64,000 nucleotides of DNA from Eledone cirrhosa (taxonomy: Eukaryota), in NCBI GenBank assembly GCA_964016885.1, contig OZ024747.1:74896001-74960000 (forward strand). Direction: 5' to 3'. The notes under the pieces are model-generated. The model was not told where the DNA came from. It made no database searches and was given only the letters and a program-made list of their open reading frames with translations. This document shows positions 26,935 through 39,672 of the stretch, one piece after another. Numbering within the stretch: the stretch's first letter is position 1; every line of letters starts with the position of its first letter. The translations under genes and the position numbers were made by a program.

Positions 26935-27821
26935 ACACACATATATATATATATTGCTATCTGCTTGTTGTCACGTCAACAGTTATATTATAGTCACGTA
27001 CGTAACCGCGACACGAGGAGAAATACTCTTATCAGGTTTTTCCTGAATTTAAATTGAGATAAAAAAAAAGATAAAACAAAAACATACATATAAATAAATA
27101 AATATTAGTGTTGGACCCCTCCCCCCCCCATAAAAAAAGAAAAACGAAACAAAGTTAAAATAGAAAATTTTAAAATATATAATATGTATTGTTAAATTAT
27201 ATTTTTGATAGTAAAATGAAGTTTTTGTTTAACTACAAAAGCAATTTCCCACGTAGCCTGCTATGAACACACTTCCACCTGTTCATGTGCTGACAAAGAA
27301 AACTCAAATTATTTTATACAACCACACGTTTATATATACAAAAGACAATAATAACAATCGATGTTAACTGTTTCATATCTTTTAATCCAAATATAGAAAT
27401 ATTACTTAGTAAACAAAATAAAAAAAAAACAAAGTCTAAATAAATAAAATAAAACTTAATCGAACTTCGCCAATAAACTGATATTTCTTATATAAAATAT
27501 TGTATATAATATTTATAAGGTTCCTAGCAATAATTAGTTGATTATATGTATGTAATATGATATAACTGTTAGAAAAATATATATAAAATATTTCCCTTGC
27601 TATGATGACGAATATATATATATTGTGGTTACCCCCGATTGAACCCGGAATAACATATATATATATACTAAATTCTGTGGATGAATTTATATCCTGATTC
27701 TCTTTTGGGATGAGTTTGAGTTATTTTTCCTAAATCTTTCGTTAACTACTTTTCCCATTATAGTCGCATATATGTTATAGAATGCCGTTAGCTTCTTGCT
27801 AAAACAATCTCTATACCTCTC

Positions 27822-27869
<48 letters not shown>

Positions 27870-28676
27870 GTACATATAAACACACTCACACACCTTTTAT
27901 ATATTTTACATAAATATTTAAAAAAATGTCTTGCTTGTAATCCTGTAGAAATTAATCCAGGAGTTTATTTATTAAATTATAAACTTAATTTGTTGTTAGA
28001 TTTAAAATTAGACAGTTAATATTTGTAGGGGGGGAAGTTTGGAAGATTTTGTGTATAACAACTTAATTTTTCTCCCTTCCAAAGTATAACAATTATTTTC
28101 CCGTTTTTTTTATTTTCTCAATTAAAAGTAACGGAAATATAATATATATAATCCTTGTTTTCTAAAATAACAATTTTGAAATAAAATCGTTTGGGAGTGT
28201 TTCTGTATTTTAAATAAGTATGTTAATGTTTAGTTAAAAACACATGTTTTAAAGTATCTAACATCAAAATACAGCTGCTCCTACCTGTAAAATGCAATGA
28301 TCCTCAAATATTTGTGACTTAATTAAAACTACTCAACATAGGAGCAAGCACTGTTTAATACATTTCTTCTCTCTCCCCCCCCCCCCTCTCTCATACCTAG
28401 TCTTTTCTTTCACTTGTTTTCTAATTTTACTCTCTCACTCTCCTTCCTCTCCTATTTCTTTTGTCTCTCTATCTCTTTACTCTCACTTACTTTCTCTCTC
28501 TCTCCTTCCTCTTGCCTACTTTCTCTCTACCTCTATTTTTTCTCTACATCTCTGCTATTTCTTCCCTCTCTCTCATAGTTAGAACAGATATTTATTTGCC
28601 ATAGTATATATATATACATATAGTATAGTATATATTTTCAACTGTAGCTTCTTGTCTGAGACAATGCCTCATCGAT

Positions 28677-28790
28677 AGCAACCGATTGCCAGTAGTCGGT
28701 AGAAAGAGAATCTTTGATTGGATGATTGTGAGACTCTAATCGCAATTAGTCAGTCACATGGGATTCATCTATAATGAACAAGTGAGTGAA
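28677..28790 (+). promoter_or_regulatory. Candidate core promoter / 5' UTR exon for the signal-peptide gene
   Basis: Inverted CCAAT (ATTGG 28717-28721), Inr-like TCAGTC (28750-28755) and a possible donor CAA|GTGAGT at 28782. Flanked by CT- and GA-rich tracts, locally CpG-retaining. These are short motifs that could occur by chance. Confidence 0.3.
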
Positions 28791-28820
28791 AGAGACAGAG
28801 AAATAAAGAGAAACAGAGAG

Positions 28821-28851
<31 letters not shown>

Positions 28852-29187
28852 GAGCATGACATTTACTATGTGTTGTAGCGTAAAGAAATGGAGGAGCTGA
28901 ATTTCTGAAGGCTTTCGATCAACTAAAACCGTTCACTTGCTCTCTTATTTAATGAGATTTCCTGTTTAACAATTGATCCAACCGCCGGGGGGATTAATTT
29001 ACCATATTTTGAGAAGATCTGGTGGATGATGCACTGTGTGGAGTACCTACGATACCCGTTCATCTGCCCGGGTGAAAACAAACTAGCCACTTCAAATTGA
29101 TCGCCTGGTGCCCTGTGGTAAACCATATCCTTTTATATTTCATGTTTTTCTTATAGGTAAGGTGTCCAGCTCACTGATGTTGTAGTT

Positions 29188-29251
29188 ATGAGGCTGCCTT
29201 TGCGATTTTTCATTATTTTGGCGGTTCTGGTTTCTCCGACATGGGCTGAAG
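29188..29251 (+). CDS. First coding exon of an unidentified secreted or membrane protein (signal peptide MRLPLRFFIILAVLVSPTWAE, phase-1 intron follows)
   Basis: ATG at 29188 opens 21 codons with a basic N-region (MRLPLR), a hydrophobic core (FFIILAVLV) and small residues at -3/-1 (T-W-A|E). It ends in AAG|GTAAGT (intron from 29252), with a polypyrimidine tract and TAG acceptor upstream at 29155-29156. Too short for the ORF track; no downstream exon could be assigned. Confidence 0.7.
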
Positions 29252-29534
29252 GTAAGTTATTGCATACCATTATTATTATTATTATTGATTGTTAATTGAA
29301 CAGGCTATACCTACCGTACTCCGATCTCTTACTCCCACACCCAACCTCAACTATAATATCTCAATATATATGTATATATTGAGATATGTATGTATGTGTG
29401 AATGTATGCATGTATGTGTGAATGTATGCATGTATGTGTGTGAATGTATGTGTATATATGTATGTACGTGTGTATGTATGCATGTATATGTATTATGCAT
29501 ATGTGTATTATATATATATATGTACGTATATATG

Positions 29535-29565
<31 letters not shown>

Positions 29566-30854
29566 CGTACTATATACATACACACATAATATATTTATAT
29601 ACACATACATACACATATACATACATGCACATATATACATACAAGGTTCTCTCGGTAAGGATTATTATATTTATCTATAGTACCGCTACTATTCCTTATC
29701 TCTATATTTACTTATGTAAATTACAACAATTTAAAATAATTGATTCATTTATTAAACACTAAAATAATAACAATAAATTAATAATAACGAACGAAGATGA
29801 CTGAGTTGGCGGAGTTTACTAATATTTAATTTTAAAAGAATAATAATTTAAGTATTGTAAATTAAAAGATATAATGATTTCCTAGTCTAGATATCGTTTA
29901 TGTATGTGCTTTATTTTTGTGTTGGTTTTATTGTTCTTTATCCACCTGCAAAACAAGGTTTTCTAGTTAACTGTCACCTCAATAAGACAGTTTTACAATT
30001 TACAATATGGCCTTTCTCTCTATATACTTAACAGGTGACCAGTGCTATTTCTGCTTAACTGATCTACTTGATTCTCTTGTGAATACTAATGTAGTTTTAC
30101 ATGTGTATTACCTACATACCAACCTACCTATATACCTATCTACCTACATACCCATCTATACCTATATAATATTTAATTACTTCACTATAATTAATTCGAT
30201 CTTAAACAATTCAACAGTTTGTTAATGAAATCACAGTTCTAGAGTTTTTTGTTTGTTAGAAACGAAAATTTAAAATGTGTAAAACCACCACCAACTCATT
30301 TGAATAATATTAAAATAATTTGGGTGACAATTTTTTCTCTCTCTGTAACTGCAATTGTTGAAATTATATAGAAAACTATTAGCTTTCTAAAAAGACAGAA
30401 ACAGATTAATTCTATTTAAATTGTGTGTACTGTATTGTAATAAGGAAATATATTTTTCGTTAAGATAAGGAACATTTCATCAACGTGTATATGTGTGTGT
30501 TTATGATTTATATATATATATATACAAATATATATATATATCTAAATATTCGTACATATATATATAATTGATGTATATGTACACATATTAATAATCTGTG
30601 TACATGTATGATGTATATAATGTATGTGTGATATATATATATAAATATGATGTGTATTTATGTAATATACATGTGTATATATGTGATATATATATAAATA
30701 TGATGTGTATTTATGTAATATACATGTGTGTATATATGTAATATATATATATATATATATGATATGTATGTGATATATATAATGTGATACATGTATATAA
30801 TGTATATGTGATATATATATACACACATATATATATATATACACACGCAAACAC

Positions 30855-30945
<91 letters not shown>

Positions 30946-32199
30946 TTAATGTTATGTATGTAGCCCTGGTTAGCCCTGATGAAGCAAATATATAATATAA
31001 GGAAATATTTAATTGTAGTTATTCAGAGTTCAACCTACATTTTGTTAAGTTTTAAATCTTCTTATTCAATCTATTTAAAATGTGTTTCAATGAGTTAAAC
31101 TGAAAGCTGTTTATTTTTATAAATTTTAATTTAAAGCCTTTATTAAATTCCTGAATACATCTTTTTCTAATCGGTCTCCGCCCACATAATTACGTTTTAA
31201 CTAGCTTTTAGTATTATCTATATTTTTTGTTAATTAAAATCTTAAAAACGTTGTAGAAATTGTGAAGTTATCAATAACATCGACTAACAAGTCGGTTTAT
31301 TTAGTGAAATTAGGTAAATAAATAAAAGAAATGAGATATATTGCAGGTTTGATCTGAAGTAATATAATTTTACCTCCTATATCTCGACCACTGCCACCTT
31401 GGTCTCTCCTCTATCTAGTCTTTCCAAATAGGCTTATTTCCTATGAAACTAGAATATATAATGAGTTGTTCCAATTTAAGTAACCACACTAAAATACTCA
31501 TCAAATATAATGCATATATATACATTTTTGATATTAAATGTTACTTCATATTTTATTAAACATTTGTTATAAACATGTATATATATCTGAAAATGGTTTT
31601 ATATCAATCAATCATTCATTTTTACCCAAAACAATAATTGAGAAAAAATAGACCTTTCACCTACATCTCCATTAAATATTTTATATAGATTCATATTTAA
31701 TATAATATATATTGTTATACAAAACCCCTATATTGAAGGGATGGATATATAAATACGAGTAATAATATTAATGTTGATTATGATATCAATTATAGAGTGT
31801 CAGGGCCAAGGTGCGTGTAGCCTGTTCACCCATATATATGTATTTTTTTTGTGTGGGGAAAGGATGTATTGGGAAAAAAGGGTCTTTTTTTAATACATTC
31901 CTCAAATATATTTCTATTCTCCTTGTCCCTGTTCTCTGTTTATTTATTTGTTTGTTTGTCCTGTTGTATGAATATTTCAGCTTCCTCGATCACATTTTGA
32001 ATACATTATCTCTGTATTTGTGTATAGATAAAATATCACTTTCCTTATCGAAATCTTCATTTATATATTATACTGCTGTTTACGTGTGTGTATGTATGTG
32101 TGAGTGAATGTATGTTTATGTAAACATGTAAGTATATAAATATATATATGTCTGTATGTGTCTCTATTTAGATGTATGTGCGTATATACACAATTTCAT

Positions 32200-32655
32200 A
32201 TATATATAATATTGGTATATATATATAATATTGGTATATATATATAATATTGGTATATATATATAATATTGGTATATATATATATAATATTGGTATATAT
32301 ATATATAATATTGGTATATATATATATAATATTGGTATATATATATAATATTGGTATATATATATATATAATATTGGTATATATATATATATAATATTGG
32401 TATATATATATATATATATATATAATATTGGTATATATGTATATATATATATATAATATTGGTATATATATATATATATAATATTGGTATATATATATAT
32501 ATATAATATTGGTATATATATATAATATTGGTATATATATATATATATAATATTGGTATATATATATAATATTGGTATATATATATAATATTGGTATATA
32601 TATATATATAATATTGGTATATATATATAATATTGGTATATATATATAATATTGG

Positions 32656-32688
<33 letters not shown>

Positions 32689-32717
32689 GGTATATATATA
32701 TATATATATAATATTGG

Positions 32718-32748
<31 letters not shown>

Positions 32749-32777
32749 GGTATATATATATATATATATAATATTGG

Positions 32778-32808
<31 letters not shown>

Positions 32809-32880
32809 GGTATATATATATATATTTATAATATTGGTATATATATATAATATTGGTATATATATATATATATATATATG
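32200..32880. repeat. Compound satellite [(TA)n-ATATTGG]n
   Basis: More than 20 copies of AATATTGG separated by variable (TA)n. Confidence 0.95.
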
Positions 32881-33195
32881 TATGGGTGATGATGATGTGT
32901 GTATATGTCTTTGTATGTATATTTGTGTGTATCCAAACAGTGTGTTCTGTTATTATTTCTGGCAATATTATTACAACAATATGACCGTCCCCAAGTATAA
33001 CAATATATATATATATATATATCTCCATGTGTATCTATGTGTGTGCGTGCGTGTGTGTATGACATATTTATATATGTGTGTGCACATATATACCTGTGAC
33101 CACTTTTGGGGGACAAATTTTCTTGCATTTTTAAATGTTAGGGCTTTCTGGAGAAGAAAAACGCTTTCTCAGTGCTTCTTATATTTTGATTGCTA

Positions 33196-33248
<53 letters not shown>

Positions 33249-33650
33249 TACACGCATATAATATCCCTCCCTCCTTTCCCTCTCCTTTCTCTCTCTCTGT
33301 CTCTCCATGTCCGAAGCTATATTATGTATATGTTTAATAAAACGAATACGTAGCCAGCAAACAAGATAATTTTATGAAAATGTCATTAATATAATGCAAG
33401 AGAGCACGATTATATTTTCCATTGATGTAAAACATAGAACAAAAAACAATATTAAAAATATTATATCCTTTTTGTTTCTTCCATATCAAAGATGGGTTTA
33501 TTTAAATAACCTACCATCCATTCCTTCACACATACACGCACTCTCATTAATCTTAAATTTTTGATTTTGATGTTTAGATGAAGATAGGTCTTTATATTCC
33601 ATACAAGCAAAATATATATCATTTGCATGCTATATATATATATATATATA

Positions 33651-33813
33651 TTGAAATGACTTCTACAGGACTAGAAATGTTTCATTCGAATGAAATCATG
33701 ATAATGATTTCAGACGAATGAAACAGTTCTAATCCTGTACAAGTCATTTCTATATAAAATAAGAAACGCCTATACACTACTGATGTGTTGAGTACCTTTA
33801 TTACTGTGGAATC
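33651..33813 (+). mobile_element. (TA)n-embedded fold-back element
   Basis: ~100-bp hairpin GAAATGACTT...AAGTCATTTC plus tail TTGAGTACCTTTATTACTGTGG. Confidence 0.7.
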
Positions 33814-33814
33814 T

Positions 33815-33853
<39 letters not shown>

Positions 33854-34376
33854 CACACTTCAATAGCATTGTAATTAAAGTGTGTATACATTTTGGGGGG
33901 ACACCCTGTGTGTGTATATATATATACATATATATAATTTTCTTCCACACAAGTAAGAATATTATTTAAAAACCCTAACTACATTTTCAATCACCCACTC
34001 CTATCCCTCCAAAATACTTCCCTTATATATAAGCAATAGGTAGCCAGATAAAATATATAAGGGTCTGTCAGGATTCCTGCAGAATTTCTGTTATATCTTA
34101 ATAAATAGTTTTCAATATGAAATCTTTAAAAAAAAAATCTCCATGGTTGCCAATAATTTCAACCAGTTTTCTTCCATCAGCTTATATTTGTCTCATTTTG
34201 ATAATTCTATTTTCAATATCGGTAATGCTATGATATGATATGCTATATAATATATACTATGGCCATATTACAGCAATGCTAGCCGAAGAATTTCGATTAT
34301 GTTCATTTTGATGGTAAAATAAGACTGATAAATTAAAAAGACTTTAAAGGTTTAATTTATATTTTCTACAAAGGTG

Positions 34377-34442
<66 letters not shown>

Positions 34443-34799
34443 TCATCAGTTAGTATCTTAATCTCATAAAACTATTAAGGGTTCATAGTGCTACACTCCT
34501 TCCTATTTATTTATCGATGATGATGATGGTAAAGCAGCATCATCATCATCGTCATCATCATCATAATTAGCCTAATTGTCATAATAGCTCAGATATTGAA
34601 GTTTTGTCAAAATTTGGTTAAGTTACTCAGTATTTGAAGAAAGAAAGAAAATAAGAAGCTTGGTTACGTTCTTATTACAACTAATTTATTGTTTGTGTGT
34701 GAGAGAGGGTGTTGCTGTGTGTGTGTGTGTGAGAGAGGGTGTTGCTGTGTGTATGTGTTAGTGAGGAGTGTGTGTGATTGAGTGAGTGGCTGTATGTAT

Positions 34800-35230
34800 G
34801 TGTGATTTAGAGTATGGCTGGGTGAGAGTGTATGGCTGTGGGATAGAGAATGAGAGATAGAGTATGGTTGTGGGATAGAGAATGAGAGATAGAGTATGGT
34901 TGTGTGTGAGTGTGAGATAGTATGGCTGTGTGTGAGTGTGAGGTAGAGTATGGCTGTGTGTGAGTGATAGAGTATGGCTGTGTGTGAGTGATAGAGTATG
35001 GCTGTGTGTGAGTGTGATAGAGTATGGTTGTGTGTGAGTGTGAGATAGTATGGTTGTGTGTGAGTGTGAGATAGTATGGCTGTGTGTGAGTGTGAGATAG
35101 AGTATGGCTGTGTGTGAGTGAGATAGAGTATGGATGTGTGTGAGATAGTGTATGGCTGTGTGTGAGATAGAGTATGTGAGTGTGTGAGATAGAGTATGGC
35201 TGTGTGTGTGATAGTGTATGGCTGTGTAAG
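34800..35230. repeat. ~24-28-bp minisatellite GATAGAGTATGGCTGTGTGTGAGT
   Basis: Direct tandem copies with a variable GT/GA spacer; source of the His/Thr-rich ORF 34664-35326. Confidence 0.9.
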
Positions 35231-36302
35231 AGAGTGTATGTCTGTGAAAGAGTACAGTGTGTATATATGAGAGAAAGGATATGTGTGTAAGTGTGTATAT
35301 ATGCAGATGTGTACAGCTAAATACAATTCCTAAATATATTCCACAACTCTATAACTGTCTATATAGTGAGTACCAATACACACCATTTAAAATATTGATT
35401 ATCAAAAACAAGTCATTATCTTAATTAAGTTTTGTTTTCCCAAGTGTCTTAATCACTTTTTTGCCTGCTCTTTTCAACCATTAACTATAATTTTGCTAAT
35501 ATCTTTACTGAATTGTTGCAATTTTTCCTTTCTTCTTTCTTTGTTTTGTTTTTCTTGGGGTGAGGTTGGGAGTGCAGTGGGGTGTGTTTCTGGATGAGGT
35601 AATGTTTTAGATGCCAAAGACTTAATGTTCTATGAATTTAAAAGTACATTAAATTCATACAACTTTAAGAAATAAGACATTTCAAGAATTTTTAGGCAAA
35701 AGAAAGTGTCCAAATTCAAACTTGCTTAACAGAAAGAACCCCCCCCCCCCATCACACTTCTTATTATTAAACACCTCCATCCCTATCCTTTTTTTAAAAT
35801 CTTTGTTTATAATAAATATTTATAAATATTTAACTAATATATGTTTAGTTAAATCAATTCTTAAAAGAAAAAAGTATTAGTTATAATATTCATAATTATC
35901 TCTGATAATGAAGGATTTAAAAAAATATATTTTGACACAAGGCTTCAAATTTGTATTTGGAACCCATATGAGATTGTGATATGTCTTTCTCGAAAGATAT
36001 TGGGATTCTAACTGAGTGAATTTGCTCCCCAGGTGTAAAACTCCCTACAGATCTAGTGACACATTTTAATCTTTTAATGTAATGGAATGGTAGTTGACAT
36101 TCATGTTAAAAATCCTGCTTGTGGCTAAATTGAATATTGCTTGGTGTGAGATCTAGTTTGGCTAATCGCAATGCTTGTTAATTGGGATAAGTGCTATCAC
36201 TAACTTTCAGTAATATATTTTGTCTGTGTGTATTTGTATATATTATATATATATTATGAATATATACGTGTGTATACAGATATATGTATTTTTAAATATA
36301 TA

Positions 36303-37303
36303 TTGGGTTGGCCAAAAAGTATGTTCGGTTTCCTCGACATTAAGCTTCAAGCTACTTTAATAAGTAGCTAACTTCAGCCTGTCCTTTAAGCATGTGCTCT
36401 CGATAGATACTTCACACTTTATCGTTGTTCAACACAAACTTCCATCAAGACAAGTTGTGCTTTGTGTGCTTGGTATCATCCTGAAAGGGGAGAACCAAGA
36501 CGAACATTATTGATGCTTCATGCTTTTTTTTATTTTAAAAAAGGGCAGGGAAGCAATTGAAACCTGCAGGAAGATAAGTGCTCTGTACAGGAAGGATGTT
36601 ACAGAATGTGTGGGCTAGAAGTGGTTTTCAAGATTTCCAACTCTGGCCAGCCAACTGAGATTAACTTGGTTATGTCATCAGGCTTGTGAAGAAAACAATC
36701 CTTTTTTGGAGAGAATGGTGCCAGGGATGAAAAATAGTTTGTCTATAACAATGTGAAGTGCAAATGATCATGGGGGAAGTGGTGAACCACCACACAACCT
36801 CAAAAGCAGGTCCTCACCCAAAGAAGGTTATTTTTTGAAGTTGGTGGGATTGGAAGGGTGTTGTCTTTTATGAGCTTCTTTCATTGGACAGGACCTTCAA
36901 TTGAGATGTGTTTTGTGACCAGCTGGACAAATTCAACACAGAAATTCACCAGAATCGTCCCACACTTGCTAATTATAAGGGCATTGTCTTTCATCATGAC
37001 AATGCCAGACTGTGCACTTCTTTGTAGATATGGCAGAAATTACTGGGGCTTGACTGGAAAGTTACCTTCACCTGGTGCCTTCAGATTTCCACTTGTTTCG
37101 GTCTCTTCAAAATCCATTGACTGGACTAACCTTCAACTCTGAATAGGATGTAAAATTCACTTGGAAGAGTTTTTCACTAGTAAAGACAGGAAATTCTTTG
37201 AGTAGGCGATAATGGATCTGCCCACAAGATAGCAGAAGATACTAGAACAAAACCATAATTGTATCATTGATTGAATAAAGCAAACAAACTTTGGCCAACC
37301 TAG
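36303..37303 (+). mobile_element. Decayed mariner (Tc1/mariner) DNA transposon
   Basis: Terminal inverted repeats (TIRs) TTGGGTTGGCCAAAAAGT...ACTTTGGCCAACCTAG, with a TA at the left end; transposase remnants DEK*FVYNN, HPKKV, WWDWKGVVFYELL, FHHDNAR and PSDFHLFRSLQN, with many stops and deletions. Confidence 0.9.
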
Positions 37304-37439
37304 AAATATTGTCGTTTTAACACCTGCTATCCCTGTTAGCAAGGGTTGGACGGGTCTACATAGACCAAGTCAGTACAGCTGTGGGGCTACTGATCTCCCA
37401 GATAGACAAGGGATCTGCATCTCACTTACATATAGTTTC

Positions 37440-37474
<35 letters not shown>

Positions 37475-37556
37475 TATTTATATGAAGATGATATATAATG
37501 TAGTTTTATGAATCGCAATAATCTATTCCAGTGGGTGTACAAACTTTTTGTTACGT

Positions 37557-37594
<38 letters not shown>

Positions 37595-37798
37595 GCAGGA
37601 TATTCGTTTTTAGAACCATTCTAAAAGCCTCTCTTGTCAGGCACAAGGACAAATTTAGAACGGCTCCTCCACTATACATAATTGTACCCTGAAACTTAAG
37701 GTTGCTTATACATGTTAAATGTATGAATTTTAATGTAAACTAAATAATTGAGCATTGTTTTCCTTGGCTTTTTATCTACGGATATCCTGTATGCATAC

Positions 37799-37832
<34 letters not shown>

Positions 37833-37953
37833 GGAGGTGAGTTTTATTGTAGCACAATAAAGCAATGCAAATATCGGATAAGTAGCACTCAACAGTTTAT
37901 AGGACTGGAGTATAAATAATATAAAATCAAAAGATGGTTAAAAGAGTTCCATG

Positions 37954-38024
37954 TATTTTATTATGCGCATTTCAAAAACAAATATCATCTTGGGATGATA
38001 TTTGTGTTCTTATCAGATAAAATA
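37954..38024 (-). ncRNA. Type I hammerhead ribozyme fold with a core G8>A substitution
   Basis: UAUUUUAU-CUGAUAA-GAACACAAAUAUCAUC(CCAA)GAUGAUAUUUGUUUUU-GAAA-UGCGCA-UA^AUAAAAUA. Confidence 0.7.
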
Positions 38025-38183
38025 GGGGGACATGATCTTAAAAAAAAACACTTGCGAGCAGTGAAGTGTTAAATCAACATTTAACACTTCACTGCTCGCA
38101 AGTGTTTTTTTTTAAGCTTCATATCATGTCTCCCTTTTTATATTATTTCTCCTTTTTATATATATATATATATATATATATGT

Positions 38184-38619
38184 GAAGGCACATGGCTTAG
38201 TGGTTAGAGCCTTGGGCTTACAATCGAACGGTTGTGAGTTCCATTCTCAGACTGGATGATGTGTTGTTTCCTGAGCAAGACACTTTATTTCACATTGCTC
38301 CAGTTTACTTAGCTGTAGAAATGAGATGATAGGACTGGGGTCCCTATCATTCCACTGCAAAGTGGTCGTGGAGGTGCCACAGCAAAAAAGCACCCAGCCC
38401 ACACTGTAAACTGGATGTGTAGGCGCCACGGAAAAAAAGCACCCAGCACTCACTGTAAATGAGGTTGGTGTTAGGAAGGGCATCCAGCTGTAGAAATCGA
38501 GCCAGAATCAGCTCCTGTATGAGCAAGACAAGGTCAGCCGACTGGACACAGCCAACAACGGGACAACCTGTCTAACCCATGCTAGCGTGGAAGAACGGAC
38601 ATAAAACAGTGATGATGAT
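38184..38619 (+). mobile_element. tRNA-derived SINE family 2 (CORE-like) with RTE-derived 3' part
   Basis: TGGCTTAGTGG A box, GAGTTCCATTC B box, CORE-like GAGCAAGACACTTTATTTCAC, AGGAAGGGCATCCAGC module and (GAT)n tail. Confidence 0.85.
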
Positions 38620-38647
38620 TATATATATAAATATATATATATATATC

Positions 38648-38860
38648 GAAGGTGATGTTGAACCTCTGGAGATCTTCTTGGATGACATCTAGCCATCTGG
38701 TGCAGGTTTTTTTTCTGGAGGATGCAGAAGGGCTGGTAAGGGCTTACCAGCAATAGAGGGCACTAATGGACCTGGTTGGCCCTACCCACAATGATGCCTC
38801 TGGGATCGCTGACCTAGGATGACTCCAATCTAATTGAGCAAGAAGAAGAAAAAGAAGAAT
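38648..38860 (+). mobile_element. RTE-like LINE 3' end with inverted 5' segment
   Basis: Minus 38648-38706 encodes TRWLDVIQEDLQRFNIT; plus 38715 onward encodes LEDAEGLVRAYQQ*RALMDLVGPTH, followed by a (GAA)n tail; TA-flanked. Confidence 0.65.
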
Positions 38861-39012
38861 ATATAATTATTTTATGTATATTTACAGGAACATGGAATAG
38901 ACGGGTTTTTTGGAAGCCAACTTCTTATATAAACGGAGTTATCTCCATATATGTAGGTCAGGAGACAACCAATGCCTGAGATACAATCCATTTTGGCACA
39001 GTTTGATGCACT

Positions 39013-39198
39013 TAATTGTTTCTACTTTTGGCACAAGGCCAGCTATTACCCAGTACATTACTGGTACTTTATTTTATCGACCCCGTAAGGATGAAAGGCA
39101 AAGTTAATCTCGGCGGGATTTGAACTCAGAATGGCAAGGGCCGTAACTCAATGCATCAAAGCATGGCATCCGACCCTCTACCGATACTGCCAATCCAC
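39013..39198 (-). mobile_element. SINE family 1
   Basis: Complete head-core-tail match to the other copies. Confidence 0.85.
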
Positions 39199-39416
39199 CA
39201 TTTTTCAGAGTGTAATGGGTGCATTTTATAAAGATGTCCAAAGAAGTGAAGTTGTTTTGCCCTACATACAACTGAAGACTCCTCAGCATTTATTGTTGTG
39301 ATGTTTGCTATGGGTTGATGCCTGCGTTAATGTTAGAAACTTTGGAGAGTATTGGTTTCTGGAGCAACTGAAGAGTGTGTATATATATATATATATATAT
39401 GCATGTGTATGGGGAT

Positions 39417-39469
<53 letters not shown>

Positions 39470-39567
39470 ATATATATGTATGTGTGTGTATATATATGTA
39501 TATGTACCACTCCCCCTCCACCACTCCCCCACACGCCCTCAGAACTCTCTTGCCACCCACTTTTATC

Positions 39568-39595
39568 CTGAGGAAGGGCTTATGCCCGAAACGTC
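39568..39595 (+). ncRNA. Minimal Penelope-type hammerhead core (stem I not evident)
   Basis: CUGAGGA-A-GGGC(UUAU)GCCC-GAAA-CGUC; the flanks do not pair as stem I. Confidence 0.45.
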
Positions 39596-39672
39596 CCTCC
39601 GCCCACTCAAGAGCTTGAAACTAAACCTTTGTACTGCCTCTCTGTTTTCGTTCCTGTTCCATTTTTCACTAT

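Noticed and set aside
32200-32880. Constant motif with variable spacers resembling CRISPR
   Set aside because: The spacers are only (TA)n of variable length.
34664-35326. 220-aa His/Thr-rich ORF
   Set aside because: Translation of the GT-rich minisatellite.
38184-38255. tRNA genes at SINE heads (also ~5424, 16443, 48477, 50860)
   Set aside because: A/B boxes are present but no complete cloverleaf was seen, and the sequence runs directly into SINE bodies.
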